The notes: a model not told the origin generated them from the letters alone. DNA of 64,000 bases from Burkholderiaceae bacterium (GCA_019751755.1 JAIENA010000185.1:559-64558), one strand, 5' to 3'. Counted from the stretch's first letter, positions 16,658 to 26,826 are shown. Numbers and translations: made by a program.

Positions 16658-18509
16658 GTGCGCCCAGCATGGGCGCACTCCTGCGGGTGTAAGTCCCGCC
16701 GCAAGCTGACCACAGCGAGCGAAGTGAAGCGCAACTGCGGAAGGGTGACCGACCGTGGGAAGGAAGCGTGGAGCATAAATCACGAGCCGATGTACAAGAA
16801 CCGTATAGAAGGCGCTGCCAATCAGGGCGAGCGGGCGCGAAACCGCGAAGCTCTTGTGGTCAAGGAAAGGTGGCGTAGATGCGGCGGTTGTGTGATGAAG
16901 GAGTGCGGCCCTTACCTGGGGACGCCCCGCCTTGGGCCTGAAAGGGCGACGGTGAGAACCGGAGCGGGGTCTCAGCAGAGGTCATATTAGTCGGAGGTAG
17001 CGCCGGGAAGGCTCGACCCCTCTGGTGAAGGACCGAACGAGAAGGAGTGAATCCGATATGTCGATGCAGCCAGCCATGCGTCAGATGCCCGTGCGAACGG
17101 GGCGGAAGGCCGAAGGGCAAGGTGAAGCCTTGTTTGATGCCTTCAGCGACGAAGCAAACCGCCCGCGACATGCCACCGGAAACACGGGAACAGCGCTGCT
17201 TGCTGCGGCGCTGACAACAGAGAACCTGCGGCGGGCGTTCAAGCGTGTCCGCGCCAACAAGGGAGCGGCTGGCATCGATGGTCTGGATATCGACCAGGCA
17301 TCGCGTCATCTGGTGACGGCGTGGCCGGGCATACGCGAACAACTGCTGTCAGGGACGTACCGGCCCAGTCCGGTGCGTCGGGTGACGATCCCCAAACCCG
17401 ACGGTGGCGAGCGTGAGCTTGGCATTCCGACGGTGACGGATCGCCTGATCCAGCAAGCACTGCTGCAAGTGCTGCAACCGATACTTGATCCCACTTTCAG
17501 TGAGCACAGCTACGGCTTTCGTCCGGGCAGGCGTGCGCAAGACGCGGTGTTGGCCGCGCAAACGTACGTCCAATCCGGATTACGGGTCGTGGTTGACGTT
17601 GATCTGTCGAAATTCTTCGATCGGATTAATCATGACATTTTGATCGACCGTCTGCGTAAACGCATTGATGACGCCGGGGTGATCCGGCTGATCCGGGCGT
17701 ATCTGAACAGCGGCATCATGGACCATGGCGTTGTTGTGGAGCGAACTGATGGGGCACCCCAAGGGGGCCCGCTCAGTCCGTTGCTTGGTAACGTGATGCT
17801 CGATGAAGTGGACAAGGAACTGGAACGGCGCGGCCATCGTTTCGCCCGCTATGCCGACGACTGCAACGTGTACGTGCGTAGCCGGAAAGCTGGCGAGCGG
17901 GTGATGACGCTGTTGCGGCGCTGCTATGCCAAGTTGCGCCTCGTGGTCAACGAAGGTAAAAGCGCGGTGTCCAGCGTCTTCGGTCGAAAGTTCCTTGGTT
18001 ACAGCCTGTGGGCGGCGCGTGGGGGCGAAGTCAAACGCAAGGTGGCGGCCAAGCCGCTGAAGGCGTTTAAGCAACGCATCCGGGAACTGACCCGCCGATC
18101 CGGCGGGAGCAGTATGGCTGATGTGGTGGCAAAACTACGTTCCTACGTGCTGGGTTGGAAGGGGTATTTTCAGTTGGCACAAACGCCGAGGGTTTTGCGA
18201 ACACTCGATGAATGGCTGCGCCATAGGCTGCGGACTATCCAGCTCAAGCACTGGAAGCGTGGCGTCACCATGTATCGGGAATTGCTCAACCTTGGCGCGC
18301 CGCCCTCGGTCGCGCGGCAAGTGGCGGCCAACAGCCGCTGCTGGTGGCGCAACAGTGATCGACTGCTCAAAACAGTCCTCACGATTGGCTACTTTGACCG
18401 ACTGGGCGTACCTCGCCTGTCCTGACCTCAACTTCTCGAACCGCCCGGTGCGGACCCGCATGCCGGGTGGTGTGGCAGGGGACTGGCTGGTTATACTAGC
18501 CACCCCTAT
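16658..18509 (+). mobile_element. group II intron (class C-like)
   Basis: 5' GTGCG at 16658, a few nt after the terminator T tract. It has an RT/maturase ORF and a domain V-like helix (CCGCCCGGTGCG gacc CGCATGCCGGGTGG, about 18440-18470). A domain VI-like helix ends at ...CCCCTAT 18509. Ribozyme boundaries are approximate. Confidence 0.65.
17058..18425 (+). CDS. group II intron reverse transcriptase/maturase (no endonuclease domain seen)
   Basis: RT motifs (GIDGLDI..., RRVTIPKPDGGERELGIPTVTDR, YADDCNVYV) and a maturase X-type C-terminus (LRSYVLGWKGYFQLAQ...). ATG 17058 follows GAAGGAG. Confidence 0.9.
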   Translation: MSMQPAMRQMPVRTGRKAEGQGEALFDAFSDEANRPRHATGNTGTALLAAALTTENLRRAFKRVRANKGAAGIDGLDIDQASRHLVTAWPGIREQLLSGTYRPSPVRRVTIPKPDGGERELGIPTVTDRLIQQALLQVLQPILDPTFSEHSYGFRPGRRAQDAVLAAQTYVQSGLRVVVDVDLSKFFDRINHDILIDRLRKRIDDAGVIRLIRAYLNSGIMDHGVVVERTDGAPQGGPLSPLLGNVMLDEVDKELERRGHRFARYADDCNVYVRSRKAGERVMTLLRRCYAKLRLVVNEGKSAVSSVFGRKFLGYSLWAARGGEVKRKVAAKPLKAFKQRIRELTRRSGGSSMADVVAKLRSYVLGWKGYFQLAQTPRVLRTLDEWLRHRLRTIQLKHWKRGVTMYRELLNLGAPPSVARQVAANSRCWWRNSDRLLKTVLTIGYFDRLGVPRLS

Positions 18510-18522
18510 GCCGATCACCAAG

Positions 18523-18554
18523 GCGCAACCACGCCTCACGAGTTCATTTACCGT
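18523..18554 (+). promoter_or_regulatory. box promoter C: GCGCAACCACGCC-N13-TACCGT
   Basis: Box at 18523-18535 and -10-like at 18549-18554, 14 nt after the predicted intron 3' end and 48 nt before ATG 18602. Confidence 0.45.
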
Positions 18555-18601
18555 AGAGCCATCAGTCAGATGCAATCCAGAATTCATAAACAGGAGTAGA
18601 T

Positions 18602-21600
18602 ATGCCAAGTTGGTTCGATCTCGGTACGGAAGCAGTGAAGCTGCGCTTCATCAAGGAGGAAGGCTTCAAGGAGAACCTGTTGATTCTCGTGGGCTTGGCG
18701 ATGGGCTCGCCGGAGTGGGAGGCGTGCCAGCGCGCGCCGCTGAACTTCAAGCCGGTCCCCACTGGCAAGCCATTTCTGATTCGCCCGTTCTCGCCGACGA
18801 AGACCCCGATGCTTTCCGAGTTCCGGTCTGTATTTCCGCTGGCTCGCGAAGTGAAGATCGGTAGCGCGCAGGACGTACGCCTGCGCCTGCAGGGCGGCGC
18901 CAAGCTATCGCCGCAGGAGATCGCGATCACGGCCGCGATGCGCGTGGCCGCGCCGATCGGCATGAACCTGATGAGCAATCGCGTGTTTGAACGTCCGGAA
19001 GGCAGTCGCTTCTTGGTCAATGCTGCGGGGCAGCGTTTAGAGGAGGGCACCATGCCTGCAGCCTACCTGCTGCGTGCTGACGAAACCAACCTCGTGAGCT
19101 GCGTGCGCGGCTTCATCGCAGGCCTGATGGCTGGCTCGCACGCCGACGTCGCCGACGTCAACCGCTTTGTTGACGTCCTCTACGGCCGTGGCGCTTCGCT
19201 CGATCGCTTGAAGGTCGAGCAAGTCGCCCAGACCATCGAAGTTGAAATGGCAAATCGTGTCCTTGAGCGTCACGAGCTGGCCGGCGACGCAGCCTACCGC
19301 GAGGCACAGCTACTGTACGAAAACTCGCCCTCGTACGTCGGTCCGCAGAAGGGCACCGGTGCGATCCCGCTGCCGGCGGCGGTTGCTGCCCAGGAGCTGG
19401 TCCGGGCCTTCGGTGGCGAAGGGCAGATCCCCATCTACATTCCCCAACTGAGCGATGGTACCGTCGCATCGCTGTTGGGTACGTCGTACGTGACCCTGAC
19501 GGATCCTACCGATCCGGAATCGAACGAAGCACGACTGCGCACCTTTGTCCCTCCTTCCGTCATTGTCGTCGAGCGCTCGTTCTCCGAATCGGTGCCTCCG
19601 CACCGCCAGTCGCTGATCAGCCGCGACGATGTGACGACCGAATCGCTGGATGAAATGCGAAACGCAATGGCGCGCCGCCACCCCAACGGCCTGACAATTC
19701 TGACCTTCCCTGAGTACTCCAGTGCCGTCGAAGTCGATCGCCAGGCCGAGAAGGAGCGCGTCACTGGCTTCCTGCGCGCCCTGCAGGCGGAATACGACGT
19801 CCTTGGAATCGGCCTGCTTTCGCCGGTCATGCGTCGCAAGATGAACCTACAGTCCGGCCTGATGATGGTCACCGTCGGCCGCAAGTTCAGCCCCAAGGAG
19901 CGGGAACTGCGCGGCGAAGATTGGGTACCGCGCCGCCAGGATACGATGTACGACTGGGATGCGCTGCGTACCTTTACCAACGATGTCCTGGTTCGCGTCC
20001 ACGAGTCGGCCGGCCACAAAATGACGGCGGAAGAAGAAGCAGCCCTGCGCGCCAATGAGAGCGCCGAAAACAGCTACCAACTGCCGTACGACGCATTCTC
20101 GAAAAACGGCGACATTCAGCTGATGATTCCTCGAAACCTTGCCGGCCCGACTTATAAGGCGCTGCAGAACCTGCAGGACCGTAGCGGCAACGTCGACGAG
20201 TACGTGCGTAACGCGATCGGCTTCAGCGACGAGCAATTCGCCTATCTCGCGCCCGAGCAGGTCGATGCGTCGGCCTTGATGGTCAGCGCGCTGGACCGCG
20301 ACAAGGGCTTCGTGCTGGGCGACCAGACTGGCGCCGGCAAGGGCGCGACCATTGCGACGGCCGTCTCGTATGCGTGGCAGCGCGGGCTGGCCGTGATCTT
20401 CGTGACCAAGCAGGACAGCCTGTTTTCGGACTTCTACCGGGATCTGAAGAAGACTGGGCTTCATACCCAACTGCGCCCGATGGTGCTGAACCATTCCGCC
20501 CAGGTGGTCGACCAGTTCGCCGAAAACCTGGACAAGATCGCCAGCGGCGTCTCGCGCAAGAAATTCACCGAGAACTTCCAGTTTGGCCTCGAAGGCTTCG
20601 ACAACCCGAACCTAGTCTTCTGCACTTACTCGCAGTTCAGCAAGGGTGAGGATTCGGACAAGAGTGAGTGGATAAAGTCCATCGCGCCAAAATGCATCGT
20701 GATTTTCGACGAGGCACACATTGCCGCCGGCGACACCTCTCAGCTGGGCTCGGTGTGCACCTCGGTGGCCAATAACGCGAAATCGGTCGTGTATTCTTCT
20801 GCAACCTGGCTGAAGGACGCGCGCCAGATGAGTTTCTATAGCCGTATGTTACCCGCCTCGATCGACACGTCGATGGTATCCGAAGCGATGCAGGCCGGCG
20901 GCGAGAGTATTCAGGAAGTGTTCACTGCCATGCTGGCCGAAGATGGCCTATTCATCCGCCGCGAGCGCGACGCTTCGCAGCTGGACATTATGATGGCGGT
21001 TGATGATGCGCGCCTCGTTGCGAACGAGAAGATCTCCGACCAGGTCGCGATCATCCTTCAGGGGCTCCAACGTCTCTGTGGGGTGACCGACCAGGTGGGG
21101 CGCCGCCTCACCCGCGCGCAGGTGCAGAAGCTCGACACAGCGCAACGCTTCATCGCTGCCACCCTCGAGCGCGCAAATTTTTCGTCCCGCCAGGCTATCG
21201 AGGCTTTGCGCTCCCGCGCCGCCCAGGATGCCAACGCTCCGGAGGACGAGGCTGATGGCGGTAACGACGATGCGATCAACGAGGCTGCACGCCAGGCTGC
21301 GGCGCTGGTGGCCAATACGTACGCCGAGCAGCTTGCCAACGAAGACGCGATCGCTAACCAAGCCGAGCCGGAGAACGAAGAGTTCCTCGCAGCTGGTCAC
21401 TCCGCGCGCGTCATCGACGCACAGTCGCTGGCAGCCGATGCGGCCGAGGCGCTGCTCGATGGCGCCCGGCCGATTGAAGGCAGGCTGACGAACCTGCTGG
21501 ACTTGCGTATCGAGGACCTGGGCCTCACCGCCGATATGACGACCAAGCTCACAACCGATATCGGCATGCTGGGCGAAGATGGTGACGCGCTGCGCCGCCT

Positions 21601-24598
21601 GCAGGGCGAGATGCGCCGCATCAAGCGCATGATCGACGGTGTAAAGACTCAGACAACTAGCTTCGGAAGTCTGCTGTTCACTACGCAGCGCACCCTCAAC
21701 GTCGCGCTGCAGGCACGCTTCGCCGGCGAACGTGCGGTGCAGAAAATCCGCGAGGGCAAGAAGCCGATTATCTTCCTGGAGCAAACTTTCGAGCAGCGCA
21801 TCAAGGAAGCGCTTGATGATCCTGACACCGTGAAAAATGCGGATGGTACCTACAGCATCCGCCCGCAGACCCTCAAGCTGACACTTCGCGCGATGTACGA
21901 TACGGTCGTGCGTATGGCCCACGTGGACGCCGATGGCAACCGAATCGAGGGTAACGTGCTGGATTCGCAGTTCATGGCATCGGAAACGGAGCGCGATGCG
22001 ATCGTCGAAGGCCTGCGTACCCTGGACGACATGATTGACCAGTTGCCGGATGATCTGTACTGCTCTCCGATCGATACGATCTGCCATGCGATTCGCCAGG
22101 CCGGATTCACGGTCGGCGAGGCGACTGGTCGTAAGTACAAAGTGATCGACATGCAACTGGATCACTGGACCGTCGCGCCGCGCCCAGCCCACGAGTCGAA
22201 GATCAGCAACATCGAGCGCGGCTTCAACTTCGGTGATTACGACGCCCTAGTGGGCAACAAGGCCATGTCGACTGGCATGAGCCTCCACGCCTCCGAAGAT
22301 TTCACCGACCAGCGCCAGCGCACCGAGATGTTCTGTCAGGTGTTTGGCGACATCGTCGACTACGTTCAGGCTATCGGCCGTGCTGATCGCCGCGGGCAAG
22401 TTATTCCGCCGGAAGTTGAGATGCTGGCATCCGGCCTGCAGTCCGAGGCGCGGATTATGATGGTGCACTACGGGCATTTGCGTAAGCTGTATGCATCGGC
22501 CACCAGTAACCGCTCCAGTCGCTTCGAGCTGCACGAGTTGCCGGACCTGTTCAATAACGTCGGCGATGCGTCGGTGCGCGACTTCCTGCAGGCGAACCCT
22601 GCGATCGCAACTCGCCTGGGCATTGAATTCCGCTCGTTTATGCCCGAGTCCATCCACGCGGACGGTACCGAGGTAAATGCCTCGACGCATGGTCTGGCCA
22701 AGCGCACGGTTTCACGTCTGGACCTGCTGCCGGACAAGGAGTCGCGTCAGGTGTACCAGGAAATCTCCTACAACTTCAATGAAGTGGTGGCCGAGCTGGA
22801 TGCCCAAGGCATCAATCCGTTGCGCACCAACGTGCTGAACATGGCTGATTTCGACGCGGCTGCCATCACTGCGTCTGAAGACTTGCTGCCGGCACGCCTT
22901 AACGATCACGGTGACGTCGATTCCGTCTTTGACGAGGCCGTCGAGCTTCAAACCGTGACCACCCGTATGAAGGTCGCTGCACGCAAGTGGGACGATGTGC
23001 TCGCTGAGATCGAAGTCAACACCCAGCGCATGTTCTTCGAATCTCGCCAGGCGCGCCAGTCGGGTCAAACGCCTGACTTCGTGCCGGATATCGAAGCCCC
23101 TGCGATCTACAGGTCCGCCGGCAACGAAGTCGTCGGGCCGATGACTGGCGCGATCCGCATGTTGCCGTCGGGCCTTCGCGCCCGCGTCAACCAGATGTTC
23201 GACGCGATGCTGTTGATGATGCGCTCGTCCGACGCCGCACGCCAAAGTGCTGACGAAACGGTCAGCACCCGCACGAGCGACGAGAACGGCAATCAACTGA
23301 TTACGCCGACCCAAGTCATCGAACGCCGGAGGGACTGGCTGCTGTCGCACTTGCAGCATTTCATGCCCGGCCAGTACGTGATCGTCCGTGAGCGCAACTT
23401 CGGCATCGGCGAGGTCAAGGTCATGAAGGGCGCCGTGACCTCGCTCACGCTCCCCCCTCGCGGCCGCGAGACCAACCTGGCGCGCTGGGTGGTTACGATT
23501 CAGATGGCTGGCTGGACGTCGCCCGAGCGCTTCACGTTGGCTGACCTCTACAAGAAGCAGTTCACCGGCCTGGATCTATGGCTGCCAGGCGCCCAGCGGA
23601 TTGACGACGGTCTGCTCAGCCGTGAAGTACCGGACGAGTTCAACGCTTACATCGAACGCGATCACGTGCACAAGCGCTACGTCCTGTGCGGGAACCTGTT
23701 CCGTGCAGCGTCCATCGCGGCAAAGCACAAGATCGGCGCCGGCGCCGTGCTGCAGATGCCTGCGGAAGCGCCACGCCGCGTCATCAACATCCGCCCCTAC
23801 ATGACCAAGGAATCGATCTATTCGACCGTGCCGGTCGAGCTGGCGCCGGAGGGGGTGACTTCGCTGTTCTGCTCGACCTGGGCGGCGCTTAATCGCCCTC
23901 CGTCGAAGAATGCACACTACTGGAAAGAATTCCTCCGATCGAGCCTGGAATGCCGCGCGCTCCACTCTGCTGCCGACTCGAAGAATGCCAACGTCTCGGT
24001 CTACTGGCTCCCGATCCGAACCACGTGGCAGCAGGATGTGCAGGAGGAGCTGAGTATGGACGAGATAGCCGAGCGCGGCGAAGTGCGCACGCCTCACGTT
24101 CAGGCCGAGCACCTTCTAGCCGGTGTAGGGGCACGCATCCGTAAAACCTGCTTGGATCGCAATGAGCAATCTGCGCTGGCGACCGCCATCAACGAGGAGC
24201 TGGGCACCGAGGCCGTAAAAATTGAGCGCGGCAGTCAGACTTCGGCCTCCGTTCGCGTTCTGTTGCGTTTTACTGACGAAGAAGGGAACCGTGACAGCGA
24301 CGAGAAGATCCGCGACAAACTCGCTATTTTCACTCGCCACGTCATGCGTGCGACCGAAACCCGTCAGTTCTACTCGACTTCGCCCGCAATGCGTCTGCTG
24401 GCGATGGCGGTCACCGAGCGCAACCGCGAGCAGTCCCGCGCGATCCGCGAGGCCGCCCACGAGGCTACGATGATGCGGCGCCAGATGCAGCGCCTGCACC
24501 TTGAGGGGGAACAGCCAGAACAGGTGGATGAGATCGACGGCGACCACAGCGATAACGACGCAGGCGAGGGCGGACCAGGCGAGCAGCGCGCAGCATAA
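18602..24598 (+). CDS. giant Strawberry-notch-like (SNF2-related) helicase, 1998 aa
   Basis: GFVLGDQTGAGKGATIATAVSYAWQRG (P-loop), VIFDEAHIAAG (DEAH box), and NKAMSTGMSLHA as in Sno C-terminal helicase domains. It has about 590 aa of unknown N-terminal region and a long unknown C-terminal region. Confidence 0.75.
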   Translation: MPSWFDLGTEAVKLRFIKEEGFKENLLILVGLAMGSPEWEACQRAPLNFKPVPTGKPFLIRPFSPTKTPMLSEFRSVFPLAREVKIGSAQDVRLRLQGGAKLSPQEIAITAAMRVAAPIGMNLMSNRVFERPEGSRFLVNAAGQRLEEGTMPAAYLLRADETNLVSCVRGFIAGLMAGSHADVADVNRFVDVLYGRGASLDRLKVEQVAQTIEVEMANRVLERHELAGDAAYREAQLLYENSPSYVGPQKGTGAIPLPAAVAAQELVRAFGGEGQIPIYIPQLSDGTVASLLGTSYVTLTDPTDPESNEARLRTFVPPSVIVVERSFSESVPPHRQSLISRDDVTTESLDEMRNAMARRHPNGLTILTFPEYSSAVEVDRQAEKERVTGFLRALQAEYDVLGIGLLSPVMRRKMNLQSGLMMVTVGRKFSPKERELRGEDWVPRRQDTMYDWDALRTFTNDVLVRVHESAGHKMTAEEEAALRANESAENSYQLPYDAFSKNGDIQLMIPRNLAGPTYKALQNLQDRSGNVDEYVRNAIGFSDEQFAYLAPEQVDASALMVSALDRDKGFVLGDQTGAGKGATIATAVSYAWQRGLAVIFVTKQDSLFSDFYRDLKKTGLHTQLRPMVLNHSAQVVDQFAENLDKIASGVSRKKFTENFQFGLEGFDNPNLVFCTYSQFSKGEDSDKSEWIKSIAPKCIVIFDEAHIAAGDTSQLGSVCTSVANNAKSVVYSSATWLKDARQMSFYSRMLPASIDTSMVSEAMQAGGESIQEVFTAMLAEDGLFIRRERDASQLDIMMAVDDARLVANEKISDQVAIILQGLQRLCGVTDQVGRRLTRAQVQKLDTAQRFIAATLERANFSSRQAIEALRSRAAQDANAPEDEADGGNDDAINEAARQAAALVANTYAEQLANEDAIANQAEPENEEFLAAGHSARVIDAQSLAADAAEALLDGARPIEGRLTNLLDLRIEDLGLTADMTTKLTTDIGMLGEDGDALRRLQGEMRRIKRMIDGVKTQTTSFGSLLFTTQRTLNVALQARFAGERAVQKIREGKKPIIFLEQTFEQRIKEALDDPDTVKNADGTYSIRPQTLKLTLRAMYDTVVRMAHVDADGNRIEGNVLDSQFMASETERDAIVEGLRTLDDMIDQLPDDLYCSPIDTICHAIRQAGFTVGEATGRKYKVIDMQLDHWTVAPRPAHESKISNIERGFNFGDYDALVGNKAMSTGMSLHASEDFTDQRQRTEMFCQVFGDIVDYVQAIGRADRRGQVIPPEVEMLASGLQSEARIMMVHYGHLRKLYASATSNRSSRFELHELPDLFNNVGDASVRDFLQANPAIATRLGIEFRSFMPESIHADGTEVNASTHGLAKRTVSRLDLLPDKESRQVYQEISYNFNEVVAELDAQGINPLRTNVLNMADFDAAAITASEDLLPARLNDHGDVDSVFDEAVELQTVTTRMKVAARKWDDVLAEIEVNTQRMFFESRQARQSGQTPDFVPDIEAPAIYRSAGNEVVGPMTGAIRMLPSGLRARVNQMFDAMLLMMRSSDAARQSADETVSTRTSDENGNQLITPTQVIERRRDWLLSHLQHFMPGQYVIVRERNFGIGEVKVMKGAVTSLTLPPRGRETNLARWVVTIQMAGWTSPERFTLADLYKKQFTGLDLWLPGAQRIDDGLLSREVPDEFNAYIERDHVHKRYVLCGNLFRAASIAAKHKIGAGAVLQMPAEAPRRVINIRPYMTKESIYSTVPVELAPEGVTSLFCSTWAALNRPPSKNAHYWKEFLRSSLECRALHSAADSKNANVSVYWLPIRTTWQQDVQEELSMDEIAERGEVRTPHVQAEHLLAGVGARIRKTCLDRNEQSALATAINEELGTEAVKIERGSQTSASVRVLLRFTDEEGNRDSDEKIRDKLAIFTRHVMRATETRQFYSTSPAMRLLAMAVTERNREQSRAIREAAHEATMMRRQMQRLHLEGEQPEQVDEIDGDHSDNDAGEGGPGEQRAA

Positions 24599-24603
24599 AG
24601 CTG

Positions 24604-24640
24604 AGGCCGACGAGATTTCTTCGGCCTTATTTACTTTTAG
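24604..24640 (+). terminator. rho-independent terminator
   Basis: AGGCCGA / TCGGCCT stem followed by a T-rich run. Confidence 0.6.
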
Positions 24641-24750
24641 CTACTCATTTGCAGATTTTTTCAACGCACAATAGAAGTTGCTAACTTTCAATTCCAGTCC
24701 TATTCTTGTACCATAATCATCTTACGAAACAACGACTTTGGAATCTATAC

Positions 24751-26262
24751 ATGCCGCGTACTGTGATTCTCGCCGAGAAAGCTGCGGTAGCGAAGGAGAT
24801 CGCCTCCTTCCTGGCGCAGCAGCAGGGGGGGCGCTCTCGGCGTGAGGACTGTGGGTATCGGTTGCCAAATGGTGATTTCGTCGGTTATACAAACGGCCAT
24901 CTGATCGACATGGCGCCGATTGATGAGTATGTCGGCGCCGAACACACCTGGTCGGATCCGTTCGACTACCTGCCGGTAATGCCGTCGGTGCACAAACGCG
25001 CGCCCAGACCTTTACGTGCTGAAAATGGGGCAATCATGGTGCGTGACGGCGTCGCGGTACCCGATCCTCTATTTCTGGTGATTCAGCGGGAAGTGCAGGC
25101 AGCCGACATTATCATCAATGCCGGCGACAAGGGGAGGGAAGGGCAGCTCGTGATGGACGAGCTCTTCCGTGAGATGGGCATCGACCCTGCTGCCAGCCAT
25201 ATCCTACGTGCGGCGGTGACCGACATGCATCCCTCGGCCCTGGAGAAGGCGTTCTCGCAGTTGACGCCCAACGGGATGCCGCGCTGGCAGCTCTCCGGCG
25301 AGGCTGCGCGAGCGCGCCAAGAAGGTGATTGGCTTGTTGGCTTCAATGGATCACGAGCTTACCAATCGCTCCTTCACGACAAATCGGTCGCTGTAGGCCG
25401 CCTGAAAGGCCCGATCCTGTGGCTCGCGGGAAAGCGTGAGCGTGAAATCGCTGAATTCGTTCCAACTCATTTCTACACGCCGATCATTACGCTGCAGGAC
25501 GGTACCGAGCTGCGATGGAAGGCCCGGCCAGAATCCGAGAACACTGAAGGGATCGACGCTCAGGGCCGGATTACGAGCGAAGCGCTCGCCCGTTCCATCG
25601 TTGACAGGATCAATGGAGGGTTGGAAGGCCGGTATAAGAAGGCTGCCGTGCGCCGCAAGCGTAAGCCGCCGCCGATGCCGTTCACTAAGACGACGCTGGA
25701 GATGGAGGCGAGCCAGCGCCTGGGCATCCCGATGGAAGACGTCACCGAGGCGATGCACAACCTGTACCTGAAGCACCGCTTGATTTCGTACATAGGCACC
25801 GACTGCCCGTACATCCCGGAGACTATGCTGCTGGAAGCGCGTGGAATCATGGCCGGGCTGTCTCCCATGTTCGGAAAAATCATGCGTGGCGCGAACGCAA
25901 GCGCGCACCCGTCCTCGGTGGACGACGCCAAGATCGGTGAGCATGAGCACCATGCGATTGTGCCCCTGGGAACGTTGCCGACGTCAGGTCGCGACCTTAG
26001 TTCAGCCGAGCGTGAAGTCTTTGAAATGGTTACTCATCGATTCGCAGCGCAGTTTTATCCTGACTTCGAATACGACGTCACCACGGTTGAGGCTGTGTTC
26101 GGGGACGATGTGTTCGTGTTCGACTCTACCCAAGTGGTGCGCTACGGCTGGACCGAGGCTGATTCGCAGCTGCCTGATATGGATGTCGGGGATGATGATG
26201 TGTCCGAAGCGCGATCAGTAGAGATTGATGTGGACGATGATAACGAAGCGGAGGCCGCGTGA
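24751..26262 (+). CDS. topB: type IA topoisomerase (Topo III-like), N-terminal about three quarters
   Basis: MPRTVILAEKAAVAKEIA (Toprim Glu), AGDKGREGQLVMDEL (Toprim DxD position), and active-site region HRLISYIGTDCPYIP. It ends in an acidic tail. Confidence 0.75.
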   Translation: MPRTVILAEKAAVAKEIASFLAQQQGGRSRREDCGYRLPNGDFVGYTNGHLIDMAPIDEYVGAEHTWSDPFDYLPVMPSVHKRAPRPLRAENGAIMVRDGVAVPDPLFLVIQREVQAADIIINAGDKGREGQLVMDELFREMGIDPAASHILRAAVTDMHPSALEKAFSQLTPNGMPRWQLSGEAARARQEGDWLVGFNGSRAYQSLLHDKSVAVGRLKGPILWLAGKREREIAEFVPTHFYTPIITLQDGTELRWKARPESENTEGIDAQGRITSEALARSIVDRINGGLEGRYKKAAVRRKRKPPPMPFTKTTLEMEASQRLGIPMEDVTEAMHNLYLKHRLISYIGTDCPYIPETMLLEARGIMAGLSPMFGKIMRGANASAHPSSVDDAKIGEHEHHAIVPLGTLPTSGRDLSSAEREVFEMVTHRFAAQFYPDFEYDVTTVEAVFGDDVFVFDSTQVVRYGWTEADSQLPDMDVGDDDVSEARSVEIDVDDDNEAEAA

Positions 26263-26789
26263 GCAAGCCCTTGGATATCTGTCGCGTACGGGTTGGGGCA
26301 ATTGTCGGCGCAGTCGCAGCACGAGTAGAGGTCATGCAGGACGCGCCTCCACCCAGTCATACCGAAGCCAGCCTGCTGGAAGATATGCTTCGCGCTGCGC
26401 GCCACGCCGAGAATCCTGCCGACGCGGCGGTTCTCGAGGCGACCAACGGGATTGGTACGGCCCGAACACGTAGCGAAGGTATTATCGAACTGATTCGAAA
26501 TAAGTCACTAGCACGAGAAACGCGTCTCGTTGCCGGCCGTCAAACTACTGTGGTTGTGTTGACAGAAACAGGAAGAAGGCTAGAAGCAGCTTTGCCGACA
26601 GAGCTCAAGAGTGTGGGCCTGACGGCGAAGTGGGAGATGTTGTGTCGGCGTATCGAACGAGGCGAGGTCACTGCGGAGAGCTTCATAGCGGTGATCCGGA
26701 AGTTTGTAGCAGCTGTGGTTGCGGATGCTAAAAAGCGAAAGGCAAGTGGTCGAGTTGCAACCACGCCAGCCAGTGTCCGCCAAAATTAA
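26259..26789 (+). CDS. Topo III-like C-terminal fragment as a separate ORF
   Basis: The GTG start overlaps the previous stop (GTGA). PPPSHTEASLLEDM...GIGTARTRSEGIIELI...LTAKWEMLCRRIERGE matches the conserved C-terminal domain of TopB. Confidence 0.65.
   Translation: MSKPLDICRVRVGAIVGAVAARVEVMQDAPPPSHTEASLLEDMLRAARHAENPADAAVLEATNGIGTARTRSEGIIELIRNKSLARETRLVAGRQTTVVVLTETGRRLEAALPTELKSVGLTAKWEMLCRRIERGEVTAESFIAVIRKFVAAVVADAKKRKASGRVATTPASVRQN
26755..26786 (+). promoter_or_regulatory. box promoter D: TTGCAACCACGCC-N13-CAAAAT, inside the 3' end of the topo fragment
   Basis: Box at 26755-26767 and -10-like at 26781-26786. ATG 26827 lies downstream. Confidence 0.45.
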
Positions 26790-26826
26790 CGAACGGTATA
26801 TCCGTGCAAATTCGAAGGACAACCAC

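Noticed and set aside
17588-17595. CAACCACG core (reverse orientation) inside the intron RT gene. Another copy lies at 48514-48521 inside the glycine-zipper gene.
   Set aside because: Both are within coding sequence (the second encodes GGVVGG). They lack the flanking TTG/GCC context and any -10 at the fixed gap, so they are treated as chance occurrences and not counted.
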